A stretch of 63,540 bases of DNA, the filler included, from Bigelowiella natans CCMP2755 (Eukaryota > Protista > Cercozoa), in assembly GCA_000320545.1 (NCBI GenBank). It is 7 parts of 7 records of this genome, joined end to end, with 100 filler letters (N's around TTAATTAATTAA, not from the genome) between each part and the next. Parts side by side here need not be neighbours in the genome. Positions count along the whole stretch, not along the records: positions 38,158 to 54,096 come from ADNK01002913.1; positions 54,197 to 56,368 come from ADNK01002979.1; positions 56,469 to 60,809 come from ADNK01000146.1; positions 60,910 to 62,054 come from ADNK01002309.1; positions 62,155 to 63,540 come from ADNK01003713.1; 2 more parts are not named here. One strand, 5' to 3'. Numbering within the stretch: the first letter of the stretch is position 1; each line of letters begins with the position of its first letter. The notes under the pieces were generated by a model. That model was not told the origin of the DNA. It saw nothing but the letters and a program-made list of their open reading frames with translations, and made no database searches. Position numbers and translations under genes: made by a program. This document shows, piece by piece, positions 53,026 through 63,540 of the stretch.

Positions 53026-53853
53026 ATGCCTACCCGCAAGAGAAAGTCCCTCGCAGATTCCAAAACTACCAAGCGCCAGCGGTACAATGGGATGGTGGAT
53101 GCACAGTTTAACATCTGATTTACTGAACTAATCTCTCAGCTCCAGCAGGTCCAGCTCGCGACGCTCCACCCCTGGGTAAGCCTTGTCAATGCCCCCCCGC
53201 CCCCCCCGCCGCTTCCCCCGATCCAAACCAGCCGTTGATATTTACATGTTTCAGACGACCACGCCGATCCACGAGGAGGACGCAGCGAGAACCTGTAAGC
53301 CTAGATTGGAGGATTTATGATAACATCATCGTGATCATGATTATTTCATCAAATTTTCAAATTCCACCGCACGTAGAAGCAGGGATCCACGTGCATTGCT
53401 CCCATAAATTGACAGCGTTGTATGTCTGCGCATGCAGGTCCCTGAACCAGTCGAAACCAACGAAGAGGAGGAGCTCAACCCTCGCCTTCTGGAAGAAGAG
53501 GAGGAGGAGGCGGAGGAGGAGCTCAACCCTCGCCTTCTCGAAGATGAGGAGGAGGAAGCCAATTCTGATCCCTACATGGGAGAGGAGCCAGTAGACAAAG
53601 TGAGGACCTCATTTGACATTCTTTTCCCCCATTCTTTTTGAAAAGGGCACGGTTTTGGTCGTAATATGACTGCACGTACATAGAATAAACGTTTGTTGTT
53701 ATGCGAAGATAATGAATAAGATAATCCCGCAATCACGGCAGAGAGGCTGACTCATTGGTCTTCTCCATTCAACAATGATATGTTGTTAGGGTTACACAGA
53801 GGTGATTGAGAATGATGACGGTGTCCAGAAATCAAGCATGGGATCCGCCCTGG
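53026..53853 (+). CDS. Hypothetical nuclear protein, 5' part (basic NLS-like start, acidic repeats); continues toward gap
   Basis: MPTRKRKSLADSKTTKRQR, then short exons and EEEELNPRLLE x2; canonical splice sites. Confidence 0.55.
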
Positions 53854-53915
53854 TAGTGAGCATACAGTGCTGGGCTGCCTCGCCCTTTCTTTATCCCTAT
53901 CCCCCTTCCCCCCCT

Positions 53916-53961
<46 letters not shown>

Positions 53962-54196
53962 TCTGCTCTCTTTAGCGGTGTGTTTCCCTTTACGTGAGCC
54001 GTTTCCGCAACGTCAGTCTACCTTCCCTGTCAGTGTACCAGTCTCGCTGCGGCTTAAAAGAGTTAATGTTTCCTATAGCCAGGTACCTTAGGGCGGNNNN
54101 NNNNNNNNNNNNNNNNNNNNNNNNNNNNNNNNNNNNNNNNTTAATTAATTAANNNNNNNNNNNNNNNNNNNNNNNNNNNNNNNNNNNNNNNNNNNN

Positions 54197-54236
<40 letters not shown>

Positions 54237-54316
54237 CCACGCGCACAAACACACCCTGACAACCACCCTGATCTAGTCCATGCTGGTTTTGTGTGTGAGA
54301 GAGACAGAGAGAGTAA

Positions 54317-54461
<145 letters not shown>

Positions 54462-54493
54462 AAGTGTGATTTATATTTGTATTTGTTACTTAC

Positions 54494-54555
54494 CAACAAA
54501 ATGCTGTTGTAACTTCTCATTGGCGTAGTTAATGCACAATTGCTCAAATCTGAGA

Positions 54556-54590
<35 letters not shown>

Positions 54591-55174
54591 CAAACGAGAT
54601 CAAGGATGATGATGACAATGATGGTTATGGTGTACACAGCTCGACGAGCGACGGGTAGTAGGACAATTAACGAAGTATAACGTAATTTTGGAGGCGGCAA
54701 TACTAATAATTCTAAGATTTTTACCCATTTGTCTTGAACACCTCAAAACCAAATATATCCAAGATCCCAACGAATGTGCGACGACTACTACTACTGCTAC
54801 TGCTACTACTGTTTCTCCTTGTTCCCTCCTCCTCCTTTTCCTCCTTTCACACCAAAGGGTAGTAGCGATTATAACGATGATATTGATGATGGTGGTGGAT
54901 GGTGGTGACGATGAGGGGGAGAATGCCAACGTTCGATGTTAAAAACATCACAGAGAACAACTAACTGCTGCCAACTCTCACCTGAGAATGGAGAATTCCT
55001 AGGCCGACGTTTATCTTGTGCACGATCCATGCGAAGAGGTTTCCGTATATGCGCTTTGCAATACCTGATGATGATGATGATGATAATGATGATGATGATA
55101 ATGATGATACAGAACGAGAGGACTAAGTCATGAAGAAGCCACGAGCATAAGGATTACATAAAACACACCATCTA

Positions 55175-55208
<34 letters not shown>

Positions 55209-55401
55209 CGTCTCTGTTGTCAATCGCCGCCGGTGCTGAGCGCGGCATGTGAATGATGGAACCCGTGGGGGAACCGATGGTTCTTGTTGTCAAGATATTG
55301 ACCAAAATATCGCCTGGATGTCCAATCACACACGCACACACACACACACACACAACACCATATATTAATTACCCTATTTTCCATTTTCATCATGGTATTA
55401 C

Positions 55402-55439
<38 letters not shown>

Positions 55440-55618
55440 ATGCATCCACCCATGCATTATTTGCGTTTCTTTCATTCATGATAATGGCTATTAGTCGTCT
55501 TAGTAGCGCGAGAAGTAACAACGGCTACATATTGTACCTTCCACCCCAAGCCTCTCCGCTGTCAATGTTACATAAGGCATTGCTGCTGGGGGAACCGTCA
55601 CTGCCTTTGCCCCATCCG
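54494..55618 (-). CDS. Myosin motor domain fragment (both ends lost to gaps)
   Basis: AAIDNRD|GIAKRIYGNLFAWIVHKIN, FVGILDIFGFEVFKTNG and FEQLCINYANEKLQQHF are diagnostic myosin head motifs. Confidence 0.93.
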
Positions 55619-56489
55619 CTAAATAGCAGAAAGCATACCACAGCAGACGAAACATGAACATCGAACACATCAGCACCCAAAACACCACCACAAGCATTGC
55701 GACGGGATTGAGGCGAATAGGCACACTCACAAATACACATTAAGCAATTCTATTTTTATGCATATAAGAACGTTGGGGGGGGGGGGGGGGGGGGGGCAAC
55801 CCCCGTGTCCAAGGTATTTCTGCAAAAAAAATAACCCCTTCCGGGTACGCAAGACTCACGTAATTTTGGGTTTTTATGGCTGTTGGGGTATTTGAATTAA
55901 TTGTTGTGTGGGGGTGTGAGAGGGGAGGCTGTTTCCCGTGGAATGTGTTCTATTCCCCTTTGAATGCCTGGGCCAACATCTTTTCTTTCAAATGACTGTG
56001 TAAACACTAACCCATACAAGCAAGACAAATAAAAATATAAATATATTAATAAAAAAAAATTTATAATTTGACGTACATTCTGATTGTACTTTAGATTGTA
56101 AACATGCATATCGCGGTTGAGAAAAAGACGAACAGATGGTTTTCTTGTCTCATGACCCTAACACTATGCGCTGCGTTGTTAAAATATTTTTTATTAGTGA
56201 GGGCTTCCTGGCACCGGATGAACGCTAGCAGTATGCCTCACACGCACAAACCTAATCACACACCTTCGTTCTCTACTGGTGCACGGGTGAGTATCGCGTA
56301 CCAATCTACCTCTACGTAGAGCATACCAATTCGAAACAAATGCTAATACTCTGTAAGCTGACTAGTGANNNNNNNNNNNNNNNNNNNNNNNNNNNNNNNN
56401 NNNNNNNNNNNNTTAATTAATTAANNNNNNNNNNNNNNNNNNNNNNNNNNNNNNNNNNNNNNNNNNNNCAACAACACTTGATGCTGATT

Positions 56490-56677
56490 AGGGCAACCTG
56501 GCCGCAAATTGAGGATCTCGCACGTCCGTATCCTGCAAAGGACCCCCACATCTTCTTCGCAGGTGAAGCGACGTCACTTGAGGGCATCCAATGCGTTACC
56601 GGAGCATATAAATCAGGTGTGCATGTTTGCGTGCGTGTGTGAAGTATTTTATAGACAGCTTGCGCAAAAAATAATGT

Positions 56678-56715
<38 letters not shown>

Positions 56716-56765
56716 AATACATTGGTTTTCCATTATGTGCACGATCATGTTCTTTTTAAATAGAT

Positions 56766-56821
<56 letters not shown>

Positions 56822-56990
56822 CATTCGGCTATGCAGGCCTACGAGCTGCTAAGCAGATCCTAGCAGATATAGCGAACAGACGCAGAGGGTTTATACATAC
56901 GAAATAGCCACCAAGTAATTAGCTAATGCAGAGGCCCCAAGGCCAACGCCAATTGTAATATCTGAAGCAGTGACGTGTACGATATGTAAT
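56490..56990 (+). CDS. Flavin amine oxidase (polyamine oxidase/LSD-like) C-terminal exons
   Basis: HIFFAGEATSLEGIQCVTGAYKSG|LRAAKQIL matches the FAGEAT...GAxxSGxRAA FAD-binding C-terminal motif; end approximate. Confidence 0.85.
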
Positions 56991-57099
56991 AATCCCAGTC
57001 ATCACGTCCATCGGTATGATGAGGCGGATGTAATAAAATGATTACATTTTTTTAATAGTCATCGGTATGTATCACATGTATGTATGCACACAAAGAAAC

Positions 57100-57600
57100 A
57101 GTTTTTCGTAGCTAAATAGGGGAAAACAACAATAAGACTGTTGTAGGCTCTCAGTCTCACTAATTATCGTGTGGTATGTATCGCATATTGCAGGCATGCA
57201 AGAACGTAGCGCAACATGCTAATCAAATAAAAGAAAATTTAAACAATTCCATGCGGCAAATGGAGAACGACAATTAACCGTGCTAGCGTGCGAGCTGCCA
57301 CTTGTTTTTAGCAATAGTATCTTGAGCATGGGTAGTGATAGTTGGCTGAATAAGGATTGATAGATTTTGCATCATCGACACTCATTGCTGCTCAATCTCA
57401 CATTCATGGTGGTTATAGAGATGCACACATGTAGCCGTCATGTGCAAAGGTGTGGAATTGGTGATCAGTACATGCTTGCACATCATATGGCAATGGCGCA
57501 GGCTCGTGGTTTTGCTGTGTCGTGTGTATGCTCATCAAGTCTTCAAAATGCAACACCCTACACCTCATCATGAATGATACTGTCGCAATTGAAGAGAAGT
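57100..57600. other. Intergenic CATG/TGCA-rich island between convergent amine oxidase and ABCD genes
   Basis: SSR-free, same word enrichment, moderate TpA loss. Confidence 0.55.
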
Positions 57601-57687
57601 GATATCAATTTATGACAATAACAGCCTCATCATACCGCCGCGAGCGTTTTGACGTTACTCGCACGCTGAAATGAAGATGCCTTATGT

Positions 57688-60540
57688 TCATGAAGATATC
57701 TTGCTCAAGGCTGAAGATCCGTCGTGCAAGATCTCCAGGACATGGGTATGTTGCGATTCAAAGCCTTCCTCTCGATTGTGTGAAACAGTAACAACCGTTG
57801 GAATCCGGCGGAGAAGTGCCGTATACGGCGCGAAGCCTCTAAGTAAAGGTAGTTGTGCAGAGGATATTCAGCAATAATACAGGATTTTTGCATCGAAAGC
57901 ACCCCTATTAGGCCAAGATGCTATGATTTTTCTCTCGCTTCATTCAGACGTTTGCATGGCTACAACAACACAACAACAACTAGTACTTCTACTGCTACTA
58001 CTACCACTACTACTACTACTACAACTACTACTACTACTACTACACCATTACCGGATGGAGAACAAAGGCTCGTCCAGGAACGCTATTTGAGGTTTTCGAA
58101 GCCAAACACGTGCTGAAGAAGGAGGAGGAGGAGGAGGAGGAGGAGGAGGATAATGACCATCATTGAAAAACAGAAATAGCTGACGATTTTCCAAAGACAG
58201 CCGATAGCAAGGAGGGCGTCGTGATGGCAGCAGCAGTAGCAGCATTATGTCAGTACCTAACGACAGACGTCGCTGCTCGCCATTCGATAGTCCCAGCGAC
58301 TTCACATCAAACACTAATCATCAACATTAATAGCGGATAATAAATGAGGGGAGGATACTGTGACGTGTCGTCGTAGTCAAGGGAAATGTATTCTCACCAT
58401 CCTCACCATCCTCACCATCCTCGGTTGTTTGAAACATACTACTTATGCTACTTTTACTACTACTACTCACAGGATTCGGGGGCTTTTAACATTGCCCTAG
58501 TCGTGCGTGCCTCAAGGCCTAGCAATGGGGGGGGGGGGGGGAACAAACCGGTAAAAACGTGCCTATCTTTCCTCCTAGGCAGTTATTCTGTCCTTGCTAG
58601 TCGGAAGAGCGATTCATATGAATTGCTACTACTATGTTGCTGCTACTACTAGCAGTAGTAGTAGCATTAAATTTGATGATCTTACCCGATGGAAGAGGGT
58701 ATGACAGCGCCGTGCGGAGGGTGCTTTTTGGCGGGAAATAATCACCTGATTATATAGCGGCTGTGTGTGTGGGTGTGTGTGTGTGTGTGTGTAGTTCTCC
58801 CTCTCCTCCTCCTCCTCCTCCTTCTCCTCCTCCTTCTCCTCCTCTTCCTCCTCCTTTTAATCTATATTTTGCTTTGGTGATGATGGTGAAATGAGGCACA
58901 GACTCGAGGGGAGGAACGCAGTTTGGCTTTCTGGCGGTAACATCACGAGACTAACAACAACAACAACAACAACAATAACAACAAATATCAACACAGAAGG
59001 AATACAACAAACAGCTGATAAGGATGTAGAGATGAAACGTGCTAAATTTAATTTCAATGACACAAGAGAACCTCGGTTTTTTTCCTTCTTATTCTTATTC
59101 TTCTAGTAGTAGTTGTAGTAGTAGCAGCAGCAATAATTTCACATATAGTACTACTACTTCTACTACCCCTTTGCAGGTTTTATGCCACATCTTCCCGTCA
59201 GTAGGCGTAACAATGTTGTCTTGCCGGCCCTTTGATCATATTATCATCAAATCTTCACATTACTACTTCTACTTACTACTTCTATTTACTATACTACTAG
59301 TAGTAGTACTACTACTACTAGTAGTAATAGTAGTAGAAGTACCCATTTGGTCCACGGATGAGCAGCCGTTCTCCCTTTTTCACATTGAACGACAGGTTCT
59401 TTAGCATCATGCCCTATCATTGATTAATTGATTGATTGATTGGTTGATTGATTGGGGGTACAGACAAGAGGAGCAAGAAGAAGAAGAAGAACAACAAGAG
59501 CAACAGGAATCATGATATATGTGTGTGTGTGTGTGTGTGTGTTGTGAGTGTTGTGAGTGTCGCTTAAGTTTCTTGCAAGTTGATGGTGTTATACTGACGC
59601 AAGGTTTGGTATGCGATTGATATCATAACCGCAACTACCTCATCATCCTTCTTCTCTCCTTCATTTTGCTGCTTGCCATCACTGAATCTACCAAACAGGA
59701 GCAGCAACGAGGGGGAGGGGGATAATAAGAAAATGCAGCAAACATGTGAGATATGCACCCGCCGCCGTAATCGTCGCCATTGCATTTGTAGCAGCAAAGG
59801 CAGCAGCTTCTCATTATTTCTCGATAAGGCACTACTCGCATAATAATGCTGTTTACTACTCTGCAATGCTCAGGCCCTCGATGAACACGCCCCCGTCCCA
59901 CTTCTCCTCCGATGCAATCCTACGCAATGCAAAAGAGAAGAAGAAGAAGGAGAAGAAGAAGAAGAAGGAGAAGAAGAAGATGAAGGAGGAGATACACACA
60001 GGTATAAATCCGTGCATAAAATAAAGAAATTTCTCCCTATTACCTGATATTCACCGTGCCCTCTTGTGCAGCAGCAGCAGCAGCATCATTAGACGTCGAG
60101 TGTCTCCCACCTTCAATCTGCAGATCTACGACGTGGATATTTGACGACGTACGATTTAAATTGTGCGCGTACTTTTGGATCTTCGATCTTCGTAAATTCA
60201 ACGCAAAAGCACGGAACAACAGCATTCTATGGTGGAAGTGAGTAGGATCGACTTCATTCTAGATGGAAACTTGCCTTTCAGCGTAGCAGAGCAGCGCAAT
60301 GTGTTCTTTTGTTTGAATGGCTTAGGTTGTTGTTTGATTTATTATCTGCGGTCACCATCATTATATTATCACCAGGTATTGTCAGAATCCTATTCGATAG
60401 CCCTGAGATGTTGTCAAGCTCCGCTAGGTTCTTGAACAATAATCCTGATGATGATGATGATGATAATGATGATGATGATGAATGTCGGAGGTGTGAGGAA
60501 ATCTATGGAGCACGACGAGGAAGGCATATTGAGTATCGCT

Positions 60541-60574
<34 letters not shown>

Positions 60575-60690
60575 GTGTATTCGGCTGTCGCTTTTTAATA
60601 TTATAAGATGCATTGTAAATTTTTCAATGGCTGCTACCGAACGACTTTCCGAGATCGATTAAATCGTGCACGGCATTCGTCAGGTACCTG
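57688..60690 (-). CDS. ABCD/YddA-type ABC transporter, 3' part (5' lost in gap)
   Basis: NLAELDNISGLSNRI, NLSFNVKKGERLLIRGPNG|AGKTTLLRLLTG (Walker A), DYFPPKSTLRTALSYP, LSNGEQRRL (signature), IAFLDEP (Walker B) and VVTVSHNR (H-loop). Confidence 0.88.
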
Positions 60691-60722
60691 CCGCGGCGAG
60701 AGGGAGAAAAAATATCAGTGTA

Positions 60723-60788
<66 letters not shown>

Positions 60789-61229
60789 TGTATTTATATA
60801 CTATAATCANNNNNNNNNNNNNNNNNNNNNNNNNNNNNNNNNNNNNNNNNNNNTTAATTAATTAANNNNNNNNNNNNNNNNNNNNNNNNNNNNNNNNNNN
60901 NNNNNNNNNACACACACACACACACACACACACCATGGCAATAACATTCACACCCTAGGAGAAGTGGTCGTAATTGGACTAGAACACTTGTTTTTCACAA
61001 TTGAAAGGACAACATTTACAGCAAGTTGGATCTTTTTTATATTATTCAATTGGTGTGGATGCATGGTGAAGCCCACGAGTAAAATTTAACAATATTAAGG
61101 GGTTGAATATGTAGTGTTTTCTTTTACATTATTGGACATTAGTTGGTAAAGAAAGAAGTTTTTTTTTTCCCCCCCCCCCCCCCCCCCCCCCCTTCTGTTC
61201 CCTTCTCTCTTTCTCTTAACTCTCCACGC

Positions 61230-63024
61230 CTTTGTCCTCCTTGACGCAGAGGTTGATGCTGCGCAAGATGGATGCAACCACCCCCTCGAACCAGTAAGAG
61301 AGCACTAAAATGCATGGAGAGGAAGAATTTCTGAGAAGTGTGTTTCCCACCAATCCCCTCGCGTAACAACAGGCGCGCGGATGGCTCTTGGAGCGCCTAT
61401 GGCACACAACCTCCGTTTTTTGCAAGGAGGGGGAGGAGAATGAGGGGTCGGTAGTTGCTGCTTCCTGTTGTTAGTGTTGCCTCTGGCTTCTTCCAGTCGC
61501 GTTTTTGTGCCATTTCTATCGCTGGGCGTTGATCGCAGTGCGTGGTGATGATTCATCATCCGCAGGGCATGTGGGCAGCGGATAGGCCGTTTGGACGAGA
61601 TCAGGCGCAACATCTCCAGCTGCAAGCACCCGGTTGGTTCGTTGTACGAGAAGCATTGGTCATCCTCGTTAATCGCTCACGGTGTTCTTCTTCATCGTGT
61701 GGGGTGCTGTGCTTGTGTTTGTGGGGGTTTGGTGGATGGTGGTGGTGGTGGTGGTGCTGTTTGGAAAGCTCGCCTTCAATCTACGCACGTATGCTCATCG
61801 AGGGGCGGCCTTGGTAGCGCCCGAAGAGTCTCTGATGGGTACTAGCAGAAGATCTTTCCGTAGAGGGAGAAAGAGAAATTAGAATGACTACCAAGGCAGA
61901 AGAAGAAGAAGAAGAAGAAGAAGAAGAAGAAGAAGAAGAGGGCAACTAGTAGTTGAATAGATGCACTCAAGAACGCACTTACGCACGCCACCCATGGCGC
62001 TGTGCCTTTTGATTTGTCAGGCTATAAGATTGCTAAAGAATCTGGGGCAGGCTTNNNNNNNNNNNNNNNNNNNNNNNNNNNNNNNNNNNNNNNNNNNNTT
62101 AATTAATTAANNNNNNNNNNNNNNNNNNNNNNNNNNNNNNNNNNNNNNNNNNNNCTCTTCACCCACGTGTCTTTTTCCCTTTCCTTCTCATACATTTCGC
62201 GAAGAAGCGCCATGCCAAGAAAGAAGTCCCGTAATACAACCCAATCGGCTCCTTGACCTCCTTAGGCACATCCCCGCGCGCCGCTGGAAAGCACTCCCAA
62301 GGGGTGAAGAAGAAGAACCCTGCGGGGCCACCAATGAAGGGGATCCCAATTAATATCTTTTTGGTGCCTGTTTAGGGTTTCGGAGGGGAAGGGGGAAATA
62401 ACAGGAGGGGAAAGGGGGGGGGGGGGGGGGAATGAGGAGCAGCTGTAATGATGGCGACCAGAACTAAATGAGCGACTGATGGCTGAGCACAGGAGCCATC
62501 AGCAAATGGGGATGTGCTTCGCTGGAGGGGGTTCTTTCAAAAAAGGTAGCCGTTCACCGATTTCTCCCTTCTACTATGGCAATGGCGGCGTTAGGAAGCT
62601 CTCCTTCAACGTATGGCGATTTGTCTGCCCCTCCCCACCCTTTCTCCTGAGCCTGTTTTTCTCCCTCGCCACCTCCTCCTCCTCCTCCTCCTCGTCCTCC
62701 TCCTCATCCCCCTCCTCATCCCCCTCCTGATCGCTGAGCATGGTAAACGCTACATGAATCTTATCCCCGTGCATCTATTCGTGGTCCACCTCTTGCAGTG
62801 CAGTCTACATCGCCTACGTGGTTCTCCTCGCTCAGCCGCAAGCCCAGGTCAATGGTGTACGCTACTAATATCACTTGGAGGCAAAACAGGATGCCCTGCG
62901 CGGAGACGGGGAAGGGGAAGGGGGCGAATATGAGAAAGGGGGAGTGAGGAGGGGGCAGGGAGGAGCACGGAGATCTAAAAAAAAGTGTGCTTTTGTGTCC
63001 TCTATCTGTCTCTCTGTCTCTCTG

Positions 63025-63106
<82 letters not shown>

Positions 63107-63540
63107 GGTGTCGAGCAATGGGTTATTATAAATAAATATTTAAATATATACAAATGATTATAACGATATATCGGATGATATTCCGTTGATTTTGATTTGA
63201 GATGATGCTATCTTTCATGCTGAAGAGAGGCATCATGAACATATACATAGGGATAATTAAGTTTTTATACATCGTGTTGATGATAATGATTCACATCAAG
63301 AAAATGTTTCTGACGCAGAACGGCGTTGATGGTGTGCGGAGAAGTGTTTATTGTAAATAAAATCTAAATTACATACGAGTGATTATCACGAGATATCAGA
63401 TAGTATTCCATTGATGAGGGGTTCGTGCTGTGGGCGTGTTGGAAACTTACGTTACATGCATTAGGTTTACACTGTTGATTTATCGTTTCCAGATTGTACA
63501 TTCTCGACATCGGCAAGTACCTGGATGGCCATGAAGGCAA
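61230..63540 (+). CDS. Fragmentary exons of unidentified gene(s) around the 62055 gap
   Basis: Protein-like segments with canonical splice sites (QRADGSWSAYG, GKLAFNLRTYAHRGAALVAPEESL, AVYIAYVVLLAQPQ); not assignable. Confidence 0.3.

Noticed and set aside
61367-61420. QRADGSW as a terpene-cyclase QW or alpha-2-macroglobulin motif
   Set aside because: Single short match with no supporting neighbouring exons.

Overview
Intron-dense eukaryotic nuclear DNA, probably a secondary-plastid alga: several genes start with signal-plus-transit-like leaders, and a chlorarachniophyte-like protist is my inference, not proven. Introns are GT-AG and packed with microsatellites. Six 100-bp scaffold gaps carry a TTAATTAATTAA filler. 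Genes reconstructed by eye from exon motifs: glucosidase II beta (PRKCSH-like), PLAC8, an amino-acid transporter, a degenerate DEAD-box protein, poly(A) polymerase, a TupA-like ATP-grasp, a bacterial-type TrmN6 methyltransferase, an ankyrin protein, a DCC oxidoreductase, a STE24-like protein lacking HExxH, myosin, a flavin amine oxidase, an ABCD transporter and several hypotheticals. The main signal is non-genic. Each gene 3' end I can map is followed by a 0.3-2 kb microsatellite-free island rich in CATG/TGCA/CTAG/AGCT, and these islands are absent from divergent promoters. In several islands, and most strongly in a LINE relic at 34.4-36.2 kb, TpA is almost erased and the survivors sit in (G/C)TA(G/C) context. 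This suggests a TpA->TpG/CpA mutation process running opposite to fungal RIP, possibly linked to a modified base marking terminator or repeat DNA. All exon boundaries and counts were made by eye and need computational confirmation.
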